From NCBI GenBank assembly GCA_048213135.1, contig PS015010.1, positions 248,001-312,000 of the forward strand: 64,000 nucleotides of DNA. Direction: 5' to 3'. The position numbers and the translations under genes are program-made. Shown here in pieces: positions 28,058 to 38,167 of this stretch. Origin of the DNA: Reclinomonas americana ATCC 50394. Its lineage: Eukaryota. Numbering within the stretch: position 1 is the stretch's first letter; every line of letters begins with the position of its first letter. The notes beneath the pieces are model-generated. The model saw only the letters and a list, made by a program, of their open reading frames with translations. It was not told the DNA's origin and searched no databases.

Positions 28058-29725
28058 TTATTTTTTAAACAGGGTATCTTCACCTTTATAATCGAACCAA
28101 TCGTAAAACGCAACAGAATTGGTTGTTTTAGCCGACACCGCATACAGGGCGAATACACTTCCCACGAAACCGCCTGCCGTTTGGGTGCTGAGGAAACGGG
28201 CATCGGCATCCTCTTTCAGCATGGTCCAGTCATTATTTCCAACAGCATAACTGAAGAGGTATCGTGTATCCCTGCTTTGTATGCGTAATCTTATTTGCTG
28301 GTCGGCATCAGGAAGTTGCGCCGACGCCAGCAGTTTCATACTGCTGTCTGGCATGGATTGAAATAACTGCACAACAGGCTGGTCTTTCTCAACAGACCTG
28401 GCGAGATAATAAAAATGCGTTTCATTCTGGAAAATGATCAGCCCGGCTTTTTCATGGTCATCAGCAGCATTGAACACCAATGCTGTGCTGGCTGTACATT
28501 CCAGGTTTTGCTGCCGGAAAGCCACGAACGAAGGATTAACTTTAGCTGATGCCGGTTCTGGTCTTGCCTTTATAGAAAGCCACCCTTTTCTGCCCGTCAA
28601 ACTATGCCATTGGTCCCGTACTGTTCTCAAAAATACCCATCGTGGGTTCAGCGAAGAGCTGCTGAAATCATCCCTGAATTGTATGTTCCCGTTGTATGGG
28701 TTATTTATTTTTTTCGTTAAAGCGGGAGCCGGTACCGGATAATAATATTTCACTTCTTCTGTTCCTTCCAGAATCACCGGCCAATCATTCTTCCATTGCA
28801 CCGGCGCCATAAAGGTTTCCCTGCCTATATTGTAATGATCACCCTGGTAAGGACGGCAACCAAGAAAGACCGCGAACCATTCACCACCAGGTGCCTGTAC
28901 AAAATCCGCATGACCTGTTGTAGTAATAGGATTAGGCCGGCTTCTGCTGAGGTGCCGCTGGGTGAGGATAGGATTACCGGCATAGGATTCATAAGGCCCA
29001 CTCACGGTTTTACTCCTGAATACCACTTCGGAATGCTGGTAACCTGTTCCTCCTTCGGCGCAAATAAGATAGTACCAGCCGTCTTTTTGAAATATATGCG
29101 GACCTTCAATCCAGACCGGTTTTTTGCTGATGTCTGTACCGCCATTCACCAGTAGTTTCTCTTCTCCAGTGACTTTCAGCGATGCGATATCCAGTTCAAA
29201 CATACGTATGCTGCGGTGCCCGTCGTACAAAGGTTGATTGCCGGGTGGAATACTGTTGAAAAGGATGTATGCCTTACCGTTAGTATCAAAGAAAAGTGAA
29301 GGGTCGATCCCATTCACCTGTGGTAACCAAACGGGGTCGCTCCAGGGGCCTTCGGCTCGATCGGCCGTAACGATGAAGTTGCCTCCTTTGTCGATCAGTG
29401 TACATACCAGGTAGAATTTGTTGTTGTAATAACTGATGGCAGGTGCAAACAATCCCCTGGATACACCGGCACCATCGAGATTGAGTTGCGACGGCCTGTT
29501 GAGTACATGTCCCACCTGTTTCCAGTTCACCAGGTCTTTACTGTGAAAAATGGGTAATCCCGGGTAATAGGCAAAAGACGAATTAATAAGGTAATAATCG
29601 CTGCCAGCCCTGCAAATACTGGGGTCAGGGTAAAAGCCCGACAGGATTGGGTTTCTGTATTGCAGCTGGGCCTGCGACAGGCAATAAGCGAAGAGCGATA
29701 ATAAGAGTGTGGTGATCTTTTTCAT
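28058..29725 (-). CDS. GH43 beta-xylosidase/arabinofuranosidase with a C-terminal beta-sandwich
   Basis: NPILSGFYPDPS, LFAPAI, IDPSLF, WIEGPHI, AEGGT, GHAD and GGFVG motifs. Confidence 0.93.
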   Translation of the reverse strand: MKKITTLLLSLFAYCLSQAQLQYRNPILSGFYPDPSICRAGSDYYLINSSFAYYPGLPIFHSKDLVNWKQVGHVLNRPSQLNLDGAGVSRGLFAPAISYYNNKFYLVCTLIDKGGNFIVTADRAEGPWSDPVWLPQVNGIDPSLFFDTNGKAYILFNSIPPGNQPLYDGHRSIRMFELDIASLKVTGEEKLLVNGGTDISKKPVWIEGPHIFQKDGWYYLICAEGGTGYQHSEVVFRSKTVSGPYESYAGNPILTQRHLSRSRPNPITTTGHADFVQAPGGEWFAVFLGCRPYQGDHYNIGRETFMAPVQWKNDWPVILEGTEEVKYYYPVPAPALTKKINNPYNGNIQFRDDFSSSSLNPRWVFLRTVRDQWHSLTGRKGWLSIKARPEPASAKVNPSFVAFRQQNLECTASTALVFNAADDHEKAGLIIFQNETHFYYLARSVEKDQPVVQLFQSMPDSSMKLLASAQLPDADQQIRLRIQSRDTRYLFSYAVGNNDWTMLKEDADARFLSTQTAGGFVGSVFALYAVSAKTTNSVAFYDWFDYKGEDTLFKK

Positions 29726-29731
29726 TCCGGG

Positions 29732-32704
29732 TTAAAAGTTTACAACTGACCAGTATACTTTTTTGGGTTGAAGACTGCTGTTAAAGAGGAGCGGGTAATC
29801 TTTCCGGTCCTTCACCGGGAAATCATCAAGCCAGCTGTGGCGGTCGGAAATATTCCAGAATGTGACGCCTGATAATTGCGACCGGTATTTTCTGAACAAT
29901 TCAAAACAGAGCTGGTATTTCTCCAGTTGTGCCTGTTCTCTTGCGGCAGTAAAACGATCCTCACTGTCTTCCGGTTTCCGCTCCCTGGCGTTGTGTTCCT
30001 TTGGATAAACGGAAATGTCCAGTTCGGTGATCTGCAGTTTTAATCCCAATGATGAAAAGCGTTCCAGCGTTACCGTTAGTTGTTCGCGTGATGGTTCATT
30101 AACAGCCCAATGGCCCTGCATGCCAATGCCGTGGATGGGAACACCGGCGTCTTTCAGGCCTTTAACCAGCCTGTATATTTTCTCTCTTTTGACAGAATCG
30201 ATTTCATTGTAATCATTGTAAAAAAGAAGGGCATCCGGGTCGGCGGCGTGTGCATATTCGAAAGCCCGTGCTACAAACTCTTCGCCGCAAATCTCGTACC
30301 AGGGCGAGTTACGGAAGTATTCCCCTTTTTTATCGGAGATCACTTCATTTACTACGTCCCAGGCATATACCTGCCCTTTATAACGGGATACGACGGTGGT
30401 AATATGCTCCTTCAGGCGATGAAGTAACACTTCTTTACTCACGCGTTGCCCATCTGCTCCGGTAAAGATCCAGCCGGGTACCTGGTTGTGCCAGCACAGG
30501 GTATGTCCCCGTAATTTCAGGTGATTCCGTTGTGCAAAAGCTGCGATGGAATCAGCGTCCTTCCAGTAGTATTCATTTTCTTTTGGATGAATAGGACCCA
30601 TCTTCATGGCATTCTCCGGTGTAAGGCTGTTGAATTCATGAAGTATTAATTGTGCTTCATCTGTTTTTAACGCCTGCGGGGAAACCGCAACGCCAACGGG
30701 GAAGTAATCTTTGTAATATGCTTTGAGACCTTTGGTCGTGCTGATGACAGGCCGGTTTTGTAATGTACCGTCTGTCAGGTGTGGGTCTGTCTGGAAAGGA
30801 CTCGCAGGCAAACCCTCTTTGTTGTACAGGTTGGCACCGGCGGGATTATCGGCCCAGGCATACCGTACATAACGCGGCTGGGTGATGGCATCGTTCCAAA
30901 CCTCCACTTTATTTCCGGCGATAACCGCATTGGCCCACACAAATTTCCTGTCTTCCCCGGCGATGGCAAATTGCTGTAGCCGATCACCTTTCATCATAAG
31001 CCCCGAGCCGGTTTGCGTAAAGCTGAGCACCATACGGGTTCCGGATGTTTTTGCCGAACTGAATACGGGACCTGATGCCAGTAGTTGTGGTTTGCCATAG
31101 GCGACCTTGCCGGCTGCCAGGGCCAGTCTTTTGCCGACAGTTTCTTTGTCGAGCGGATGAATATCATTCCACTCGCCGATGTCGATGGTAACCGCCATGC
31201 CGGTGTTGGGTACCGACAGTGTTTGCCGTTGTGCATCGCGGAGTTCTGCCCACTGGCTTTCGCGTGGCTGTGCGGGAGCTTCCATGTAATTGGCAAGCTG
31301 CACAAAAAGAAAGGGCATGCCCGGCTGATGAAAACTATTTCTCCAGTCATTGATAAGAGCGGGGAATAATGTCCTGTATTCCTCTGCCCGCCTGGTATTG
31401 GCTTCGCCCTGGTACCAGATAACGCCTTTTAAACCGGAAGGAAGGAGCGGGGCGATCATGGCGTTGTATAACCCACCGGGCAGATAGTGTAAGGTAGTGG
31501 ATGAGGGTATGGGACTAACGGTGGCGGATACCTGATATTGCCAACTGCCTTTCAGGTCGATGCTGTCTTTGCCGGCGACGAGGTAATAAGGTTTGTCTTT
31601 GTAAAAACCGCCACGGCCCGAATAATTAATCACCTTCACCACAATTATATTTTTTCCTCTTTTCAGCAGGCCCGGCGGAATGGTATATATTCTTGGAGGG
31701 TACTGGTAACCGGTAGTTGCCGCGAATTTCCCATTGATATAAACGGAATCCCGGTCAATCACATTTCCCAGCCGGAGCTTCGCAGGACCGCCCGGGAAAT
31801 AATGCTGCAGGTCAATTTCCTTCCTGATCCATACCACGCCTGTACTCTTGGTAACACCCTGTTCATCAAAATAAGCAGGTACTTGCATCTGTTTCCAGCC
31901 GGAGGCATCATAAGCAGTGTCAAACCATCTCATGCTTTCCTGGTTGCCCAGGTCCTGCTGGTACAATTGGCGGTACCAGTTATCAGACGCTGCCTGGTCT
32001 GTTCGTTTTACGCTGTCAAGGTAGGCCTGGTTCCTGAATTTTTCTTTTACTGCAAGATGGACAGGGAACTGGTGTAATGCGGCATCGCTGAGCCAGGCCT
32101 CTGCGGGAGAACCACCCACTGCTGAACGGATGAGGCCAATGGGGACATGGTATTTGCTGTACAGTTCCTTTGCAAAGAAATAGGCGACTGCACTGAACTG
32201 CAATAATTGTTTGCTGTTGGTACCCGACCAAACCGCGTTGGGAATATTATCCTGCGGCGATTGAAAATTGAACAGTGTGGGAACAGTGAACTGGCGGATG
32301 AAAGGATTATAAGGTTCATTGACGATGTTGCCGGGATAGCGTTCTTTCAGTCTTTCCATTGGCAGTTCCATATTCGATTGCCCGGAACAGAGCCAAACAT
32401 CACCCACCAGTATGTTTTGCAGGTGAATGGTATCGGATGCCATGATGTCCATGCTGTAAGGCCCTCCGGCTTTTTGTGCTGGCAATGTCACCTGCCATTT
32501 ACCATCCGCGGAAGTAACGGCGGCTGCCTTTACTTTGTTAAAAGCAACGGTTATTTTTTCGCCGGATCGTGCCCATCCCCAGATGCGCAGCGGCTGGTCT
32601 CTTTGCAGCACCATACTGTCGCTTACCAGGCTGGGTAATTTTAACTGGGCCGTAATGGCCTGGCAGGATGATGCCATGATGAAGAGCAATGCAATTTTTT
32701 TCAT
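29732..32704 (-). CDS. Fusion of a sialate O-acetylesterase-like (SASA/SGNH) carbohydrate esterase and a GH10 endo-xylanase
   Basis: N-part: GDVWLCSGQSNME, GVIWYQGEAN, DIHP, VRYAWADNP; C-part: TPENAMK, RGHTLCWH, WDVVNE, YNDYN, ITELD. Confidence 0.9.
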   Translation of the reverse strand: MKKIALLFIMASSCQAITAQLKLPSLVSDSMVLQRDQPLRIWGWARSGEKITVAFNKVKAAAVTSADGKWQVTLPAQKAGGPYSMDIMASDTIHLQNILVGDVWLCSGQSNMELPMERLKERYPGNIVNEPYNPFIRQFTVPTLFNFQSPQDNIPNAVWSGTNSKQLLQFSAVAYFFAKELYSKYHVPIGLIRSAVGGSPAEAWLSDAALHQFPVHLAVKEKFRNQAYLDSVKRTDQAASDNWYRQLYQQDLGNQESMRWFDTAYDASGWKQMQVPAYFDEQGVTKSTGVVWIRKEIDLQHYFPGGPAKLRLGNVIDRDSVYINGKFAATTGYQYPPRIYTIPPGLLKRGKNIIVVKVINYSGRGGFYKDKPYYLVAGKDSIDLKGSWQYQVSATVSPIPSSTTLHYLPGGLYNAMIAPLLPSGLKGVIWYQGEANTRRAEEYRTLFPALINDWRNSFHQPGMPFLFVQLANYMEAPAQPRESQWAELRDAQRQTLSVPNTGMAVTIDIGEWNDIHPLDKETVGKRLALAAGKVAYGKPQLLASGPVFSSAKTSGTRMVLSFTQTGSGLMMKGDRLQQFAIAGEDRKFVWANAVIAGNKVEVWNDAITQPRYVRYAWADNPAGANLYNKEGLPASPFQTDPHLTDGTLQNRPVISTTKGLKAYYKDYFPVGVAVSPQALKTDEAQLILHEFNSLTPENAMKMGPIHPKENEYYWKDADSIAAFAQRNHLKLRGHTLCWHNQVPGWIFTGADGQRVSKEVLLHRLKEHITTVVSRYKGQVYAWDVVNEVISDKKGEYFRNSPWYEICGEEFVARAFEYAHAADPDALLFYNDYNEIDSVKREKIYRLVKGLKDAGVPIHGIGMQGHWAVNEPSREQLTVTLERFSSLGLKLQITELDISVYPKEHNARERKPEDSEDRFTAAREQAQLEKYQLCFELFRKYRSQLSGVTFWNISDRHSWLDDFPVKDRKDYPLLFNSSLQPKKVYWSVVNF

Positions 32705-32709
32705 AAGCG

Positions 32710-35223
32710 TTAGTTGCTTTCAGGCGGGCCCAGGTAACTGGGTTGTAAACCACCTGTATTGATCACTATTTTTTGCAGCACGATGGCCGGGCTGAGTTGT
32801 CTGTATCGCAGGATATGTTTACCCGGTCCGGATAATTGATGTACCGATGTTTTGATGATGATATTGCCAGCCACCCAGGTTTCCCAGGTGCGGACTTTGT
32901 TATCGTCGGCATTGAGCGTGAACAAAGAAGGGTTTTCATTGTCTACTGCAACACTGTATTTCAGTCCGCCATTGTTGAATAAATTCAGTGTAGGGGAGAA
33001 GTACAGTTGTATTTCAATATTGCCGGTGGAAGAGCTTTCCCATTCATACAATAATTCAGGCGCTTTGTTGATGTCCTGTTCTTTCATCGGCACCGGCAAT
33101 ACAGTAACAGCATCACCTGTGCGGCCATGGTCTGGTAATATTGTCCACAGCAAACCAGTGGCAGCAATAGCTTTTGAAAAATGCGCTGCTTCTATCGAGA
33201 CATAACCATCGCTTTCCCCGAAGGAGCTGTGAAGCGGCTGTATCCTGTCAGTGTGGGCAACTGTATCCTTTTCCCGGTGAGGTGAGGAGGGTTGATCAAA
33301 TGTAATCACCGCAGGCATACGGTTAGCCCCGGGCTGCTGCCAGCCGGTGTAGCCAATATGCACCTGGTCCATCATGTGGTTCCACTTGCCACCTGCGATC
33401 TTTGTGTTGTATTGAACGGAAAGAAGTGAATCTGTTGTATAATATGCCCGGGCTTCGGCCGCATAACGGTTAGTACGAATTGTATCTTTCTGCTCCGCGT
33501 AGTACTGGTTTTGCGATACCGCGTAATAAAGGCCGTACAAGGTGGCTGCCGCCTTAACCGGGTGGAGCACCAACTGGAAATAAGCATCCTGTACATTACC
33601 GGGCAGCATTGTTCCGATCTGTTCCACCTCACGCTTCAGTGCCTGGTATTCCGAAGTAGCCTGTTCCCACTCCCTGTAATGATGAGAGTAAGTGCCCGCG
33701 TCCAGTAACTCAGGCTTTCTTCTGCCCATGAATTTGTAATGCCTGCTCATTATAGCGGCGATCCTTTTGGCGTAAGTATTGCCAAACTGTTGTGCATACC
33801 AGTTTTCTGTATAGGGCTGAAGGTCCGGACCTTTGTGATCTTCCGGGTTCCAGGCATAATCAAGAAAGAAGGAGATGGGAAGTTCCATCGGTTTGATATC
33901 ACCCACATTCACAATCCACATCTGCCTCGCATCATACGCCCAGGCCAGGTGCATCTGTTCCCAGATACGCGGCAGCGGGTTGGTGTTGATCCATTTATAA
34001 TTTCTTGGCCCGCCAACATAATCGAAGTGGTAATAAATACCATAACCGCCTTTTCTTTTTCTTTCACCGGGTCGCGGCAGCCTGCGGATATTTCCCCAGT
34101 TGTCATCACAAAGCAACAGGGTAACGTCATCGGGTACACGCATACCCTGGTCATAATAATCCTGTACTTCTTTATATAAGGCCCATATCTGCGGTGTTGC
34201 TGCTGCCGGTTTGCCGGTTACATCCCGAATGATGTTTCTCTGATCGGCTACGATTCTCTCCAGCAGGGCGGTTGCTGTTTCCCTGCTCATGGGTTCGTCG
34301 CCATCACCACGCATACCAATGGTCACCACCTTTTCATTGGTCGCCCTTTGCATTCCTTTCTTCCAAAAATTTTGCAGGACAACTGCATTACTGTCGTAAT
34401 TCCATTTACCCTTGCCATAGCGGCGCCATTCGTCGTGTGCCCGCATCAGGGGTTCGTGATGTGAAGTGCCGATAATAATGCCCCAGTCGTCGGCAGTTTG
34501 CCTGTTCAGGCTGTCGTCATCATAAAAAGCGTTGCCCCACATAGCCGGCCACAGGTAATTGGCTTTGAGCCGGAGCATCAGTTCAAATATTTTTTCATAG
34601 ACCAAATGATTAATGCCCCCGAACTTTTCTTTGGCCCAGCCGGAAAAAGCCGGCGCTTCATCATTAATGAAAATACCGCGGTACTTTACTTTCGGGCTGG
34701 AAGTTATATTTAACGAACGTGGCAGGGTTATAGTGGTATTGATTTTTGCCGGTACGTCGACCCACCAGTACCAGGGCGAAACGCCCAGCAGTTTGGATAG
34801 TTCCATAACACCATACGCGGTTCCCCTGCGGTCGCTGCCACAAATGAGTAAGACCTGTTGCTGTTTTAGCCTGATCAGTTGCAGCTGATAAGCTTCCCAT
34901 TGACTACGGATGCGATTGACCTGTGCCGGTATCTTGCCGGTTAATTGTTTTATCCCGGTTGCTTTGTCAATGCTACCGATCGCGATCACCGTGGGCTGGG
35001 AAGGATTCAACTTGTATACGATGGGAGGTTCTGTTCCGGTGATCCTGCCAATATCCTGTTGCAAAAGACGGGCTGATATATGAACCAGTTTCCAGTCGGC
35101 CGGGTCGCAATAAATTACTGCTTCGCTTATCCTGAAATCATCGCCCAGCAGCAAAGCTTTATCCTGTGCTTTGGTATTCACCATAAAGACGATGCAGCAT
35201 AATATAGCTATGATTTTTCTCAT
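32710..35223 (-). CDS. GH115 xylan alpha-1,2-glucuronidase
   Basis: GSDRRGTAYG, GVSPWYWW, YRGIFINDE, NYLWPAMW, GTSHHEP, GMRGDGD, DDNWG and YYHFDYVG motifs. Confidence 0.94.
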   Translation of the reverse strand: MRKIIAILCCIVFMVNTKAQDKALLLGDDFRISEAVIYCDPADWKLVHISARLLQQDIGRITGTEPPIVYKLNPSQPTVIAIGSIDKATGIKQLTGKIPAQVNRIRSQWEAYQLQLIRLKQQQVLLICGSDRRGTAYGVMELSKLLGVSPWYWWVDVPAKINTTITLPRSLNITSSPKVKYRGIFINDEAPAFSGWAKEKFGGINHLVYEKIFELMLRLKANYLWPAMWGNAFYDDDSLNRQTADDWGIIIGTSHHEPLMRAHDEWRRYGKGKWNYDSNAVVLQNFWKKGMQRATNEKVVTIGMRGDGDEPMSRETATALLERIVADQRNIIRDVTGKPAAATPQIWALYKEVQDYYDQGMRVPDDVTLLLCDDNWGNIRRLPRPGERKRKGGYGIYYHFDYVGGPRNYKWINTNPLPRIWEQMHLAWAYDARQMWIVNVGDIKPMELPISFFLDYAWNPEDHKGPDLQPYTENWYAQQFGNTYAKRIAAIMSRHYKFMGRRKPELLDAGTYSHHYREWEQATSEYQALKREVEQIGTMLPGNVQDAYFQLVLHPVKAAATLYGLYYAVSQNQYYAEQKDTIRTNRYAAEARAYYTTDSLLSVQYNTKIAGGKWNHMMDQVHIGYTGWQQPGANRMPAVITFDQPSSPHREKDTVAHTDRIQPLHSSFGESDGYVSIEAAHFSKAIAATGLLWTILPDHGRTGDAVTVLPVPMKEQDINKAPELLYEWESSSTGNIEIQLYFSPTLNLFNNGGLKYSVAVDNENPSLFTLNADDNKVRTWETWVAGNIIIKTSVHQLSGPGKHILRYRQLSPAIVLQKIVINTGGLQPSYLGPPESN

Positions 35224-35225
35224 GA

Positions 35226-35978
35226 TCAGAACCCGATGGAATTTCCACCATCTACCGGGAGAATGGTGCCGGTGATATATTTAGCGTCATCAGACACCAG
35301 GAATAACGCGGCGTCACCAATATCTGAAGGATCTCCCATATGCCCCATGGGTGTACGTCCCATGACTTTTTGTTTTCTTTCCGGATCATTGTTGAGCGCT
35401 TTGGCACTCATGTCTGTGGCGATGAACCCGGGCGCAATGCAATTGACGCGTATACCCATTGGCGATAGTTCCACCGCCATGGCACGGGTCATGCCTTCGA
35501 TAGCGGATTTGGAAGCGGTATAAGCGATGACTTTAGGAATGCCGTATTGCGAAGCCATGGAACTGATATTAAGAATGACGCCTCCTTTTTTCGGGATCAT
35601 TTTTTTTATCACTTCTCTTGATAAAGCGAACATGGCATTGACATTGGTGCTGAGGATCCGCTGAAAATCATCATCGGTCACTTCTGTCAGTTCTTTTTTC
35701 ATATTGATGCCGGCGTTGTTGACAAGAATATCGATACGGCCATATTGTTTGGCGATATGCGTTACCAACGCCGGTATGCCGCTCGTTTCATTCAGATCAA
35801 AAGCAAGTGCATGACAGCCTTTGCCGATTTTCTTTTTAGCGGCAGCCAGTTTTTTTTCATCCCTGCCAATGATGATACATTGTACACCAGCCCGGCAGAG
35901 CTTTTCGGTAATAGCCAGCCCGATGCCTGAGCCGCCTCCTGTAATGATCGCTGTTTTTTTCCTGTTCGTTTTTTTCAT
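35226..35978 (-). CDS. SDR family oxidoreductase (probably hexuronate metabolism)
   Basis: TGGGSGIG, NNAG and YTASK motifs; located between two alpha-glucuronidase genes. Confidence 0.88.
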   Translation of the reverse strand: MKKTNRKKTAIITGGGSGIGLAITEKLCRAGVQCIIIGRDEKKLAAAKKKIGKGCHALAFDLNETSGIPALVTHIAKQYGRIDILVNNAGINMKKELTEVTDDDFQRILSTNVNAMFALSREVIKKMIPKKGGVILNISSMASQYGIPKVIAYTASKSAIEGMTRAMAVELSPMGIRVNCIAPGFIATDMSAKALNNDPERKQKVMGRTPMGHMGDPSDIGDAALFLVSDDAKYITGTILPVDGGNSIGF

Positions 35979-35995
35979 GATCGGTGTTGCTATGA

Positions 35996-38152
35996 TCAGT
36001 TTCCGTTGCCCGGGGCATAAGGGAACTGCAGTGATTCAAAGTATTCCAGTGTATGTGATGGTTGTTTGTATCGCTCGGGTATGGGTTGCCGTGAGAACGA
36101 CTGAAAATACAGCAGGCAGGCGTCACGCCACCATTCCGCTTCTGTATTCTGTACAGACAATAATTGCGCTACCTGCCAGAAACGTTGCGGGTCGATATAT
36201 GCCTGCAACTGGTTCCATGATTTTTGCATAGCCTGAACAGTGTCAACGCCCTCGTTATATTTATGGCAAAGTTCTTCCCATAAAGTGTTCCCATTCTGCA
36301 TACGGTGCTGCCAGGATACATGGTGAAACCACAGCAGGTATTTGTCATTACAACTATTACTGTCGCTCCAGATTTTTGCCACTGAAGGGTTGTATTGTGA
36401 CAAGGCATTGCTCCCTTTAACAGTTCTGTCAAAACCCAAGCCGTAGGCATCGGCTTTGTGAAAATAGACCGGGTTCCAGTCGGCGCGGGGCGCTTTATTG
36501 TACCAGGGTGCCGGACCGTAATGATGACCATATCCCATGATGTGATGCAAACCCAGCGGTGTCATATAATTCACAACCGCTTCGTATGATGAAAGCATGA
36601 TATGTGTGCAGGCGGCGATCACCAAAGGGTCATTGGAAAAAGTTTGTCGTATCCACTCATCAGCGATCTGTGCGGGTTGTGCTGAAGGATCCCAGGCCAA
36701 TCTTCCGAAGCCATACCAGTTGGCCTGTGCGAAGGGATGACCGCACCAGTTAATGTCTGAGCCTATGTTGGCTACACCTGCAATGCCTGTAAGCGGCTGC
36801 TGGTACAATTCTCCGTCGATGATCTTCGCGATGATAGAGCCCTTGCCCTTTGCATAAGTATCCGTGTCCAGTATTTCTTTTTGAAGAAGAGGAAGGTAAA
36901 CCAGGTGCGTGGAGAATCCCAGGTATTCCTGGGTGAGCTGGAATTCCATCATGAGCTGACTTTTGGGCATAGCGCCAAACAGCGGATGGAAAGGTTCACG
37001 CGGCTGGAAGTCGATGGGACCATTCTTCACCTGTATCATTACATTGGAACGGAACTGGCCGTCGAGTGGTTTAAAGTCAGTATAAGCCTGTTTAAAACGA
37101 TCCTCCGGTGTTTCGCTGCTGTATACAAATGCTCTCCACATCACCATGCCACCGTAGGGAGCGAGTGCGTCGGCGAGCATATTGGCACCGTCGGCATGTG
37201 TGCGGCCATAGTTTTGCGGACCGGGTTGCCCTTCACTGTTGGCTTTTACGAGAAAGCCGCCAAAATCAGGAATATAACTGTAGATCTCTTTTACTTTTTT
37301 CTGCCACCATTGCTGTACGTTCTTATCCAACGGATCGGCTGTAGACAGTTTTCCTATTTCAACCGGAGCGCTGAAACGTGCCGTGAGATAGACTTTGATG
37401 CCATAGGGCCTGAAGACATCCGCCAGTGCTTTTACTTTTATCAAATAGTCAGGGGTCAGTACCATCGCGTTGGCATTCACATTGGTGAGTACTGTGCCAT
37501 TGATGCCGATGGACGCGTTGGCTCTTGCATAATCAATGTAACGCTGATCGATATACCCCGGTAAGGTATGCCAGTTCCACAGCGACTCTCCGGCGTAACC
37601 TCTTTCCACATGACGGTTCAGGTTATCCCAGTGATTGAGTATCCTGTTCTTAATAGAAGCTGATTGCTGTATGTTGATATTTTGTATATCCGTTTCCGTT
37701 TGTAACAACCGCAAAAAATAAAAAACACCGTACAATACACCGACGTCCGTATAGCCAGTGATCAGGATGCGGTCGCGGTTTCCGGTCCTGCGTGTGGTTA
37801 TGGAAAATGCAGAAGACGAATCCTTTTGGGATGAAGGGAAAGTGATGGTAATATTTAGTTTTTCTTTGAGAGCCTGTACAGTACCAATGAGTAAGGAGCC
37901 TGCGATATCTTCTGCAGGAGAACGAACCAGCATCCCGGTCAACCCTGAACGCAGTTCCTGCCGGGCGGCCTGCAAGGTAGGGCTGTTGCCGGCGATATAA
38001 TACCCGGCGCCCAGGATCTGGCGGTATTGACCCATCATACGATAGTTACTGACAGGTTCATACCGCAGCCACAGGCGGTATCCATCTTCCGCTGATACGT
38101 GTTGTACAGCGAACAGCAGGGCCAGCAGGTATAGCAGCCAATTTTTTTTCAC
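35996..38152 (-). CDS. GH67 alpha-glucuronidase
   Basis: AEDGYRLWLRY, LNHWDNL, VERGYAG, KANSEGQPGP, KNGPIDFQPREP and QEYLG motifs; GTG start. Confidence 0.95.
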   Translation of the reverse strand: MKKNWLLYLLALLFAVQHVSAEDGYRLWLRYEPVSNYRMMGQYRQILGAGYYIAGNSPTLQAARQELRSGLTGMLVRSPAEDIAGSLLIGTVQALKEKLNITITFPSSQKDSSSAFSITTRRTGNRDRILITGYTDVGVLYGVFYFLRLLQTETDIQNINIQQSASIKNRILNHWDNLNRHVERGYAGESLWNWHTLPGYIDQRYIDYARANASIGINGTVLTNVNANAMVLTPDYLIKVKALADVFRPYGIKVYLTARFSAPVEIGKLSTADPLDKNVQQWWQKKVKEIYSYIPDFGGFLVKANSEGQPGPQNYGRTHADGANMLADALAPYGGMVMWRAFVYSSETPEDRFKQAYTDFKPLDGQFRSNVMIQVKNGPIDFQPREPFHPLFGAMPKSQLMMEFQLTQEYLGFSTHLVYLPLLQKEILDTDTYAKGKGSIIAKIIDGELYQQPLTGIAGVANIGSDINWCGHPFAQANWYGFGRLAWDPSAQPAQIADEWIRQTFSNDPLVIAACTHIMLSSYEAVVNYMTPLGLHHIMGYGHHYGPAPWYNKAPRADWNPVYFHKADAYGLGFDRTVKGSNALSQYNPSVAKIWSDSNSCNDKYLLWFHHVSWQHRMQNGNTLWEELCHKYNEGVDTVQAMQKSWNQLQAYIDPQRFWQVAQLLSVQNTEAEWWRDACLLYFQSFSRQPIPERYKQPSHTLEYFESLQFPYAPGNGN

Positions 38153-38167
38153 AGCAAGAACGTTTCG

